A stretch of DNA of 64,000 bases. It comes from Hemiscyllium ocellatum (Eukaryota). Below are positions 36,085 through 47,572 of the stretch, piece after piece. The notes below the pieces were generated by a model that worked only from the letters and a program-made list of their open reading frames with translations, did no database searches and was not told where the DNA came from. The stretch spans positions 11,339,052 to 11,403,051 of the forward strand of contig NC_083409.1 in the NCBI RefSeq assembly GCF_020745735.1. Reading direction: 5' to 3'. The translations under genes and the position numbers were made by a program. Every line of letters begins with the position of its first letter. Within the stretch, counting starts at the first letter, position 1.

Positions 36085-36650
36085 CCACTCTCTACTGATC
36101 ACATCCTCAAAAACTTCCAGAAGATGTGCCAGGCCTCATTTCCCTTTAGTAAATCTGTGATGACTTTGACCGATTCTGTCACTGCTTTCCAAATGCTCAG
36201 TTATTATATCTTTAATAACTGACTCCAGCGTTTTCCTCATGTCTAATTCCTCATTTGCACTCTCCCTCCTTTTATTAAAAAGTGGAGTTGCATTGGATAC
36301 TATCCAGTCCATTGGAACTCTGTCAAAGTCAACAGAATGTTGGTCACTTTCCACTAATGGGTCCACTATTTTGACACTTACTTTCTGAAGTACTCTGGGA
36401 TGTAGAGCACCAGGCCCTGGGGACACATTAAGTTTTGATACCATCAGTCTCCCCAAGACCATTTCCTGACTAAAAAGGATTACCTTCAGTTCCTCCTTCA
36501 CACGTGACTCTCTGTCCCCCTGCGTTTCCTTTCAACAGGATGTATATCCTTGGAAATTTAGTTCCCAGCCCTGATCCCCTTGCAGCCATGTCCCTGCACT
36601 GCAGGCTCATTTACCTTGTTTCATATACTCGATGCATCTAAGTACTGCAC
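36085..36650 (-). mobile_element. CR1 fragment abutting the L1 5' end
   Basis: Minus ORF 36136-36501 SPGPGALHPRVL..VDPL..DW..NATPLF.K. Confidence 0.85.
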
Positions 36651-38181
36651 TCTCAGTCATGCATTACCTGCTTCCTTCTCATAGTTATCTCCTTTAGAAA
36701 TCATAGAATACCGACAGTGTGGAAGCAGACCATTCAGCCCAGACTGACCCTCCAAGACGTATCCCACCCACCCTACCATTCCCATGGATAATCCTCCTAT
36801 CCTACACATCTTTGTGTCAATGGGAGGAAACCCAAGTGGACACGGGGAGAATGTATAAACTCCACACAGACAGTCAGTTGGAATTGAGTCTGTGTCTGCG
36901 GAGCTGTGAGACAGCAGTGCTAACCACTGATCCACCATTCCACCCTGCGGGGCCTCAAGTTCAATTCCTGATCCTTTCCATACTCTCCATCCTATTGCTT
37001 AGTCTGGATACTTTAATAAAGTGTCCTGAGCCCCTACCTTCTTCAAACAGTTTAAATTTCTTGAAGCTTGATTTACCTTGGCTTGTGTGGTACCACTTTG
37101 TCTGCCTTATTCTGAATGGGTCATGCATTAAGAGACAAAGCCTTTAAGTTTGTTCTAGTATTGAGCTTCCCTACACTTTTAAGTTTCCTTAGTACAATAT
37201 GACATTTACAATATTCTAACCCTTCCTTTTATTTCCTGGTAACAATCAATCCCATCACTACCCAGTAATCCTCCCTTCTCCTTTAACTTACATTTTCTCA
37301 TTCTCTATCCAACTCTTCCAGTTACTTTCTCTTTGAATCGTATTCAGGCTGATATTTATCCCTGAACAAACATCACTCAAAATGTTCCATGGTTCATTGT
37401 TGCTTGTGGGATCTTGCTGTGCACAATCCAGCTTGCACATTTCCTATATTACAACAACAACCATATTTCAAACAAGTCCCGCACTGTCTGCAAATGTCTT
37501 TGGGACAGCATGAATCTTTCTTTTCATTGGATGAACTGGGAGTCTTTCAGATGTGAAAGATGCCTTTCCAATATTGTACAGTCCTCCTCCTGACAAAGTT
37601 CCTGCTTTGTCCCTTTTTTTTTAATGGGTCTCATACATTCCTTCATTCTCTTGTTCTTTCGGTGATTATCAACATCACTGGGATTTCCTTGACTTCATTT
37701 GATGTATTTCATCCTGTCAGCTCTTTGCTTTCACCCCTGCATTTCGTTTTTCAGCCCAGTTTTACCAAGTCACTGCTCAGTTCAGTAAAATGGTTTGTTC
37801 CCAAATGAAAACTTTTACACTTGTTGCACGGTTCTCCATTCCGATCCCTACTCTCAGTCTCACTGAGTTCTGATCCCTGTCACTGAAATGCTTCCCCATT
37901 GATAGCCCTTCCAGCTGCCCACATTCATTCTCTAAGCAATGGTCCAAAACTGTCCCTTTTCTTTCACCATCACCTTCTCAGGGGCAATTAGGGATGGGTA
38001 ATAAATGCTGGCCCTGCCAGTGACACATCCCAAGAAGCAATTTTTAAAAATCCCTGTCCTTTTATGGGGTTTGTTAGGTATTGGATACAAGTGTTCAAAC
38101 GGATTGTTTTATCAGTGAATGTTCAGAGAGTTGAAATCAGTTTGAATGGCAGGGAATAAAATTGTTTCTCTTGTATTTCAG

Positions 38182-38504
38182 GCCGTGAGAACTCTCAGCC
38201 CAAGCTGACCCTGCTGCCCCCCTCCCCGGAGCAGGTCAATGCCAAGGGCACTGCCACCCTGGTGTGCCTTGCCAATCACTTCTATCCCGATGAGCTGGAG
38301 TGGAAGAAGGACGGTGCAGTCATTTCGGACGGGGTTCAGACCAGCAACTACCTGCGAGCTTCGGACAGCACCTACAGTGTCAGCAGCCTGCTGACCCTCT
38401 CTGGGTCTGACTGGGAGTCCGACGCTCACTTCTCTTGTGCCCTCACCCATGTGACTCTCCCCTCTCCCCTCAGCAAGAGCATCAGGAGATCAGAATGTGT
38501 ATAG
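38182..38504 (+). CDS. Immunoglobulin light-chain constant exon, shark kappa (type III/NS4-like), copy 1. Open frame with a 6-nt in-frame deletion; apparently orphan.
   Basis: Acceptor ttgtatttcag, phase 1. RENSQPKLTLLPPSPEQV...ATLVCLANHFYPD...WKKDG...STYSVSSLLTL...FSCALTH...RSECV* shows the C1-set Cys-Trp-Cys pattern and the terminal interchain Cys. Lacks GTGCAG (VQ) present in copy 2. Confidence 0.92.
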
Positions 38505-39030
38505 AGTGTTCAAGACAGTCCACAGAGGAGACACAACTTTCAATAGAACTGGACTGAGCTGGTAGGTCAAAAGTCATTGTCAGCACTGAATTTCAATTCT
38601 CTTCCTTCTCAGGACTGGCTCAGAGACACTTCTGAGGTTCAAGGGTTATGGCAGGTCATTGCGATCATCAAAAAGAAGCTTTACTCTGTATCAAACCCCA
38701 TGCTGTCCCTGTTCTGGGAGTGTTTGACTGGGGCAGTGATGTCCTGTGATGCCAACTCAAACCTCTCGAAAATGCTGAAGACTGTCAGCTGTACAAAACA
38801 ATGTGAACCTCAGAAGTCTCTGTTTCAGTAAACCAGATCTCCTTCCTGCTCAGCCACCAGTTCCAAGTTCAGGTTTTGTCACTGTTTAAAGGGACAGGAT
38901 TCTCATGTTGTTGAGAAAATCTCCACAAGTGTTTTCCTCAAACTCCATTGTGGCTGTGAATTTGTGCAGCTTCCTCTGTCTGGGCTGTTAATTGCAGTCT
39001 GTTTTCTGTCAATGTCAATCTGGAAAAGGG

Positions 39031-39036
39031 AATAAA
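39031..39036 (+). terminator. Candidate polyadenylation signal of IgL C copy 1
   Basis: AATAAA about 530 nt after the stop, conserved in the inverted copy (TTTATT 54633-54638) near the end of the shared homology. Confidence 0.6.
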
Positions 39037-41256
39037 GATGAAGAAGATTCAGTCTCTGTCTCTGTGTGCTTTGGGAATGGCACGAGCTGAAGCCTCAGGG
39101 AAAGGGTGTGTGAAGTGTTAACCTCCACCCTCACGGCCTGGAGAAAGAGCGGGAGAATCGAGGGGGCAATGGGGTCCCCGGAGCAGGAGGGCAATGATAC
39201 CATTGTGTCCAGAAGGGGCACTTTCAGCAGGAATGCAGGGCCTCAAGGAAATCTTTCCCAATAGATGGGGAAAAGAAGGAAGGCAGGAGGGGACAACGGG
39301 GAACACAATAATCTGATGGAAATTCTCCATCAACCCTCACCCATCCCTTAGGCACAGCAAGATCACAAGCCAAGAAATTCAAATCAACTGTTTAGGAGCC
39401 AGAGCCACTGGGAACCCTGTATTGATGAATATGACCGGCAGGATCTTGTTACTCAGAATCACAATTCCACAGGGTTCGGGAAATAAATATTCTATAAATT
39501 AAACCTGAGTTTTCTTTCCTCTTCCAATGAGATGGAATTGCGCCGTGTCCCTGGAGTCAGATTGAGAATGTTCAGTCTGGGGGAGTCTGGGAAGCAGAGA
39601 GTGACAACATTGAATTGCTTCTGGTGTCATCCTCTGCGCCCTAACGTTTCACAGTGCCAGCTCCACATCCTTCCATTGGCTTTGTCATTGAGAGGCAACA
39701 GTTCTCTTCCCACAGCCCTTTTTAAAATGCCCTGCCCAAGGAATCACTCAGACAGAGAATATTTCACCTTTTCTGGGAAGGGTGGAGAAATATTGGATGT
39801 CGATGAGCTGCTCGCTAAGACTTCAGGGTCTGACAGAAGGATGTGTGTAGTCTGTGGATTCTGGAGACAGATCACTGAGATATTCCTCACTCCCATCAAC
39901 ACCTGACTTTATTCTGACATCAGTGACTATTCTTCATTATAAAGTATCCCCCCCTCCCCCCAGCCACAGTTTGAGGTAGGACAGTTCACACCCAGCCCCC
40001 ATTTCCTCACATTAGAATCAAGAACCAAACTTGCCCCATCTCAGGATTGCCCTCTGAATGTGGTGTCAGTGTGTTAATGCTGTGTCTGAATGAAAGAGCC
40101 ACAATAGAATCTGGGACTGAATCCAAGGGGTTTCTGAGTAGCCTCCCCACTGTGTGAGAGTCTGTCTGGATAAGATTTCAACCCCATGGGTTCCCATTGA
40201 TACTAGAGCCATGGAGTGAGATTGGTGGAGCCACATGTGGACTGAGGAACACAACAGTCAGGACAATGAACTGCTCTGGAATCCACCCTGAGCTCTGGAT
40301 GATCCCCGCTGAGGTGGTCCAGGGGCTACAGAATATGACAGCAAAAAGTGGAACCAGTTTATCATTGACTTCTGCGGGAAGTGCACCCAACTCCGGCTCC
40401 TTGAAAACCGTGTTAGGGAATTGGAGCTGGAGCTGGACGAACTATGGATCATTCAGGAGGCTGAGGTGGTAATTGAGAGGAGTTACCAGCAGTTTACTAC
40501 CGGTGACACGAGATAGTGAGGCGAGGAACAGGGAGTGGGCACAGCTTAACATGTGGTTGTGCAGCTGGTGTAGGAGGGAGGGCTTCAGATATGTAGATAA
40601 GTGGGATGCGTTCTGGGGAAGGTGGGACCTGTACAAGAACGAGGGGTTGCATCCGAACTAGAAGGGGAGGAATGTCCTGGGTGGAAGCCTTGCTCAAGTA
40701 GTTCAGGAGGGTTTAAACTAGTACGGCAGGGAGGGTGGGAACCTGAGCTGTATACCGGTGGTGAGAGTTGATGGAGATGAGGCAATAGCAAGAGGTAGCG
40801 CAGCCTGTAGGAAAGAACCAAGTGTGTTTGCTTTAATGCAAGGTGTATCAGGAATAAAAGTGATGAGCTTAAAGCATGGATCAGTACCTGCTGCTATGAT
40901 GTCGTGGCCATAACAGAGACGTGGGTTTCTCAGGGGCAGGAATGGTTGCTGAATGTTCCAGGGTTTAGAACAGTTAAAAAGAATAGGGCGGGGGGGAAGA
41001 GGAGGGGATGTAACTCTGCTAATCAGAGAGGATATCACAGCTACAGAAGCTTCCATTGTCGAGGATGGTCTGCCTACTGAGTCAGTATGGGTGGAAATTA
41101 GGAACAGTAAGGGAGCAGTCACCTCATTAGGGGTTTACTACAGGCCCCACAATAGCAGCAGGGAGATTGAAGAAAACATAGGTCGGCAGATTTTGGAAAA
41201 GTGTGAATGTAGTCGGGTTGTTGTAATGGGTGACTTTAACTTTCCCAATGTTGATT

Positions 41257-41554
41257 AGATTACATTACAGTGTGGAAACAGGCCCTTCGGCCCAACAAGT
41301 CCACACCGACCCACCGAAGCGCAACCCACCCATACATTTACCCCTTACCTAACACTACGGGCAATTTAACATGGCCAATTCACCTGGCCTGCACATCTTT
41401 GGACTGTGGGAGGAAACCGGAGCACCCGGAGGAAACCCACGCAGACACAAAGAGAACGTGCAAACTCCACACAGTCAGCCGACTGAGGCGGGAAATGAAC
41501 CCGGGTCTCAGGTGTGTGAGGTAGCAGTGCTAACCACTGTGCCACCGTGCTGCC
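41257..41554 (-). mobile_element. HE1-type SINE inserted in the CR1 endonuclease region
   Basis: Same consensus as the other copies. Flanking T(G/A)TTGATT at 41249-41256 and 41555-41562. Confidence 0.92.
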
Positions 41555-42211
41555 TATTGATTGGAACCTCCTTCGAGCAGATGGTTTGGAAGGAGCTGTT
41601 TTAGTAAGGTGTGTTCAGGAGAGTTTCCTAACTCAGAACATTGACAGGCCGACGAGGAGAGAGGCTATTTTGGATTTGGTGCTTGGCAATGAGCCAGGGC
41701 AGGTGTCAGATCTTGCGGTGGGAGAGCATTTTGGTAATAGTGACCACAACCGCCTCGCATTCTACCTAGCTATGGAGAAGGAGAGAAGCAGGTACAATGG
41801 GAGGATACTTAATTGAGGAAAAGGAAACTATGATGCTATGAGACTTGAGTTGGGAAGCATGGACTGGGAGCAATTGTTGCATGGAAAGGGCATTATAGAC
41901 ATGTGGAGACGGTTTAAGGAACAGTTGTTGCGAGTGATGCATAAATGTGTTCCTCTGAGAGAGGCAAAAATGGTTAAGATAAAGGATACTTGAATGACGA
42001 GAGCGGAGCAGCTTCTTGTCAAAAGAAAGAAGGCAGCTTACGTAAGGTAGAGGGAGCTAGGGTCTCGCTCAGCTCTAGAGGATTACAGGCAGGCGAGGAA
42101 GGAGTTCAACAATGGTCTGAGGAGAGCCAGGAGGGGGCACAACAAAGGCTTGGCAGCAAATATTAGGGAGAATCCAAAGGTATTTTACACATATGTGAGG
42201 AATAAGAGAAT

Positions 42212-42534
42212 TTTTTTTTTAGATTAGATTAGACTTACAGTGTGGAAACAGGCCCTTCGGCCCAACAAGTCCACACCGACCCGCCGAAGCGAAACCCACC
42301 CATACCCCTACATTACCCCTTACCTAACACTACGGGCAATTTTTAGCATGGCCAATTCACCTGACCCGCACATCTTTGGACTGTGGGAGGAAACCGGAGC
42401 ACCCGGAGGAAACCCACGCAGACACGGGGAGAACGTGCAAACTCCACACAGTCAGTCGCCTGAGTCGGGAATTGAACCCGGGTCTTCAGGCGCTGTGAGG
42501 CAGCAGTGCTAACCACTGTGCCACCGTGCCGCCC
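42212..42534 (-). mobile_element. HE1-type SINE inserted in CR1 ORF2
   Basis: Same consensus, with a (TCTAA)n plus A-run tail. The CR1 resumes as aataagagaat|gatcaaag. Confidence 0.92.
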
Positions 42535-45500
42535 AATGATCAAAGAAAGAATAGGGCCGATCAGGGATTGCATAGGGAACTTGTGTATAGAGTCTGAGGC
42601 GGTAGGGAAAGCCCTAAATGAGTTTTTTGCTTCTGTCTTTACTGAAGAAAAGGACCTTGTAGTGAATGAACCCATTGAGGAGCAGGTAAGCATGCTGGAA
42701 CGGATAGAGATTGAGGAAGCTGATGTGCTGAAAATTTTGGCAAGCATTAAGATTGACAAGTCGCCAAGGCCAGACCAGACTTTGTCCTCGGCTGCTTTGG
42801 AAGCAAGAAATGTGATTGCTTCGCCGATTGCGAAGATCTTTGCATCCTCGCTCTCCACCGGAGTCATACCTGGAACTGGAGGGATGCAAATGTTATTCCT
42901 CTCTTCAAGAAAGGAAATAGGGAAATCCTCAGCAATTATAGAACAATCAGTCTCACGTTCTGTTGTCTGCAAGGTGTTAGAAAGGATTCTGAGGGATAGG
43001 ATTTATGACCATCTGGAAGAGCATGGCTTGATTAAATGCAGTCAGTACGGCTTTGTGAGGGGCTGGTCATACCTTACGAATCTTATTGAATTCTTTGAGG
43101 ATGTTCCTGGACACGTTGATGAGGGTCGAGCGGTAGATGTGGTGTATATGGACTTCAGCAAGGCATTTGATAAGATTCCCCATGGTAGGCTCGTTCATCA
43201 GGTCATACAGGGACGTTTAACTGTCTGGATACAGAATTGGCTGGTCGACAGAAGGCAGCGAGTGTGTCGTGGAAGGATAGTATTCTGCATGGAAGTCAGT
43301 GGTGAGTGGTGTTCCACGGGGCTCTGTTCTTGGGCCTCTACTCTTTGTAATTTTTATTAATGACTTGGATGAGGAGATTGAAGGATGGGTTAGCAAGTTT
43401 GCAGATGACACAAAGGTTGGAGTTGTCGTTGACAGTATAGAGGACAGTTGTAGGCTGCAGCGTGACATTGAAAGGATGCAGAGATGGGCTGAGAGGTGGC
43501 AGATGGAGTTCAACCTGGATAAATGTGAATTGATGCATTTTGGAAGGTCGAACTTGAAAGTTGAGTACAGGATTAAAGAAAAGATTCTTGGCAGTGTGGA
43601 GGAACAGCGGGATCTTGGTGTGCAGGTACATAGATCCCTTAAAATTGTCACCCAAGTGGACAGGTTGTTAAGAAAGCATATGGTGTTTTGGCTTTCATTA
43701 ACAGGGGGATTGAGTTTAAGAGCCATGAGATCTTGTTGCAGCTCTATAAAACTTTGGTTAGACCGCACTTGGAATATTGTGTCCAGTTCTGGTCGCCCTA
43801 TTATCGGAAAGATGTGGATGCTTTGGAGAGGGTTCAGAGGAGGTTTACCAGGATGCTGCCTGGAATGGAGGGCTTATCTTATGAAGAGAGGTTCACTGAG
43901 TTCGGACTTTTATCATTGGAAAAAAGAAGGAAGAGAGGGGACCTAACTGAGATGTACAAGATAATGAGAGGCATTGACAGAGTTGATAGCCAGAGACTTT
44001 TTCCCAGGGCAGAAACTGTTAACACGGGGAGTCATAGTTTTAAGCTGTTTGGCGGAAAGTATACAGAGGGGATGTCAGAGGCGGGTTCTTTACGCAGAGA
44101 GTTGTGAGAGCATGGAATGAGTAGCCAGCAGCAGTTGTGGAAGTGAGGTCATTGGGGATATTTAAGAGACTGCTGGACATGCATATGGTTACAGAAATTT
44201 GAGAGTTCGTACATTAGGTTCAGCTCACATGACGATCAATGGTCGGCACAACATTGTGGGCTGAAGGGCCTGTTCTGTGCTGTACTGTTCTATGTTCTAT
44301 GTTCAAAGCATGCCAACTCATACTTTTACCAGCCGTTTTACTGTCCATCTTTAATTGTCACGGACAAGGTGCTGCTAAGCTGAGTTCTTGAACCCCTACA
44401 GTCCGTGTGCTGGAAGTAGACCCAAAATGCCTTTAGGAAGAGAATTCCAGGATTCTGACCCAGTGATGATGTAGAAACAGTGTTATATTTCCAAATCAAA
44501 CTGGTGAATGTCTTGGAGGGGATCTTGCTGCAGTGAAGTTCCCATGTATCTGCTGCCCTTGTCCTTGATTTAAATGTCATGGGTTTGGAAGCTGTTGTCT
44601 CAGGATCTTTGGTGAATCTCTGCAGTGCATCTTGTAAATCGAACACACAGCTGTTACTGAACGTCGGTGTGGGGGGACTGGATGTTTTGGATGTGGTGCC
44701 AATCAAGCAGGCTAAACTTTTTTTCAGCAAAATTTAAATAAAATAATATAAAACAAATAAAATTAAATAAAATATAATTTTGCTGCCTTTTTGATAAAAC
44801 ATCACTGCACCCAAAAAGCTAACTCCTCCTCTCCCCACCGAGGCTGCACCTGTTCCCTTACTCCAGCATTGTGCTTCTATTTGAGATTTGCAGTATTTTT
44901 TTGTTTTTGTATCTGTTTTAATGCCATTGGTTATAAGAGAAGCATTGGCCAGCACACTGGGAAGAGTTTCCCTGAGACGGTCACAAAGCCCTTATATTCA
45001 CATCGACCTGAGAGGGCAGTGGTTTAACCGATCATCCAGCAGATGGCATCTTTGTCTTTGCCAGCCTCAGGATATTGCTCCAGTGTCTGGAGTGGGGCTT
45101 GAAACCTGCAGGTTCAGGTGACGGTGTTACCACTGAGGCCGTCTATTCTTTCCTGGGATGTGGGGGTCACTGGCAAAACTAGCATTTGTTCTCCATCTCT
45201 AACTGCCCTGAAACTGAGTGGCTTGTTCGGCCTTTCAAATGGCAGGTAAGGGTCAGCCACATTGCTGGAGTCCTGGGAGAGTCAGACTTCTACAACTGGT
45301 CAACAAGAACAAGGCCCTTTGGCCCAATGAGCCAAAGCCAGTCAAACATCCACCTCACCATTCTAATTCCATGTTCCAGCACTTGGCCTGTAGCCCTGTA
45401 TGCCTTGGCATCACAGCTGCACATTGAAACATTTCAATGTTATGGGAGGGTTTCTGCCTCAACTACCCTTACAGGCAGTGAGTCCCCAGACTGCCACCAC

Positions 45501-47419
45501 CCTCTGGGTGAAAATGTGTTTCCTTATGCTCCCTCTGAAACTTCGGCCATTTATCCTTAATCTGTACCTCTCCGATCATTGATTATAATATAACCCCATG
45601 TCACCAAGTCTCCCTTCATTGACACATGAACAGTCCTTGACTGTAATGCCTCAGAGAGAGTCAGGCACTGGAGGCTCGGGGTCTCTGACACTCAGCCTGT
45701 TTATATCAGTGAGGATTCTCCCTGTTATATCCTCATAACGATTTGAGTTTTCCTTGTGATACCCAGTTGGGAATTTTAATGGCACCGAATCTTCCACACA
45801 CGCCCACCTATCTTGATGCTCACCCTTCTTCCCATTTTCTTCTCCCCTCTGAGTTGATTCCATTTCAGTAGAGTCTGTGATAATTCCACAGAGGATGTGT
45901 TTGAGAAACTGCCATAGGGAAGCTCCCAGCCCTTCAACAGAAGGAAGGCCAATGTTTGCAGCAAGCCTGGACTGTGCCCTTGTGTACCTTGTCTGAAGGA
46001 TTCCGTCTGATCTGTCAGCCTCCCTCACAGTCTGCTAACCATCTCGGACATTGGAAGGAAATGCCCAGGATGCAGGATAACATGGCGCAAAAAAAACCTT
46101 TGGCTGAAGCTTCAGTGTTTGCCTTCGGTGTGCATTTTCACTTGCTCACTGCTCCCCTTTTACATAAAAATGTGGAAAGAACTCTTGTTGATGCAGTTTT
46201 TAAAATCATCGCAGAATAGTCAAAGCTGTGAGCATAGAGCAGTCACATTCATAGACAAGATGGTAAGGCCCCACAGACAGTAAATGAATAACAAAACAAA
46301 TGTGTGTTGGTGGCACGAGTTGAATTTTGAGCAGGCCCCCCGAGGGAATCTCCTCAGAATGGGATCTTGTCGAGCCCCCTGAGGTGGGGTTGGGGATGGT
46401 CGGGGTGTGGTGGTGATGGAGTCTCAAATGATGGTGCCAGAGACTGTGCAACTTGTAGCAGTGCACCACAGTCTCAGCCTGGAATCTGTTCTCTCATTTC
46501 TGAGGTGGCTTTCAATCCGATGACCATTTTGACTATGGGCCAGGAGCATTGTCCATGGAGCCACGGTCAGTAACAATGTAAACTGTGTAGCTCTGAAAGC
46601 CTGAGTCTGCATCTCAGCTCGGGATCATATCAGCTCATTCATCAAATCTGTTTCTGCCCCTCTGCAGGCTGACCAGGCTGCCGGTGCCTTTCCAACACTC
46701 CCACGTTTCCTCTTGTGTCACAGCTCATTCTCCTGAGGGATAGTTTGCTCGGAGTCGAAAAGTGTGGTGCTGGAAAAGCACAGCAGGTCAGGCAGTTGTG
46801 CTCAGGCCGAGGACATGATCTTGTCCCTCCTTCAGATCCTCTTCGAGAAACTCATGGCTCACCACTGCCCTCTGCAGGACAGTGAGGAAGGGCAACAAGC
46901 AAGGATGGAGATGGGGACGCGAAGCCTGAAGTGCTGCTCTCTGCAGTTTGGCGGGCACGCTTTGAGAACCGTTTGTTAGATCTTTGAGTATAATTCAATT
47001 TGTTGCTGATTCCAGTGCTCATCCGAAGGACACTCGACCTTTCAATCTGACAAACCAGGTTCACCCATGTCATGGCTCAGTTTCTGGCTAAGGCTCCAGT
47101 CTTTCAAGGAGATGAATTCAAGCCTCACCAGTTTGATCATTTGAACTGTATGCCATTTATTTTGATTTCTCCAGGGATGGGGTAGACGTTGACGTGTCGG
47201 TTATTTGTTTCCCTTCCTGAATTGTCCTGGAGAGGGCGGTATTGAACCATGTAATTTCAGGGAAGCAGCTGACAGGTCATTTCTACTGGAATCGACTGGA
47301 ATGACTGTGGGTTTACTCATGGCTAATGGAAGGAGTCGTTACCCATAATCCTCAGTGCAGTGCACGTACTCTATAGTTACCAGAAGGAGGTTGTTTCACT
47401 GTGTCCAAACAATACAAAA

Positions 47420-47503
47420 TCAGAAGTCACACAACACCAGGTTCTAACCCAACAGGTTCATTTGCAATCACAAGTTTCCGAAGTGCTGCTCCTTCATCAG
47501 GTG
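47420..47503 (-). mobile_element. Terminal repeat of a second PLE family with a degenerate hammerhead; a related remnant lies at about 52722-52790
   Basis: Reverse complement CACCTGATGAAGGAGCAGCACTTCGGAAACTTG. Both remnants share cacc aggtt.ta..cc aa.aggtt.att. Confidence 0.55.
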
Positions 47504-47572
47504 TACCCCAGTCCACCATCGGCATCCCCACATTACTGAACAGTATAAATAAACTCGGGCTCATGAGGATCT

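Larger units (their letters stand above)
40090..44305 (+). mobile_element. Near full-length CR1 LINE (ORF1 with Cys/zipper and SGNH-esterase remnants, APE-RT ORF2), interrupted by two SINEs
   Basis: FCGKCTQLRLLENRVRELELELDEL; LN.WL..WCRREGF..W..FWGRWDLYK.EGLH; GVYYRP, VVVMGDFNFP, YMDFSKAFDKIPH, SKFADD. Tail gttctatgttctatgttc. Confidence 0.93.

Noticed and set aside
39460-39905. Exon-like sequence downstream of C copy 1 (124-aa plus ORF; minus-strand VDGSEEYLSDLSPES..)
   Set aside because: No recognisable homology, stops in the candidate minus frame, and not shared with copy 2.
47401-47572. N-terminus (MSKQYK...) of the 633-aa ORF
   Set aside because: It lies outside the TSD-bounded element, so it is chance in-frame flank. 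The PLE is 5'-truncated at 47573.
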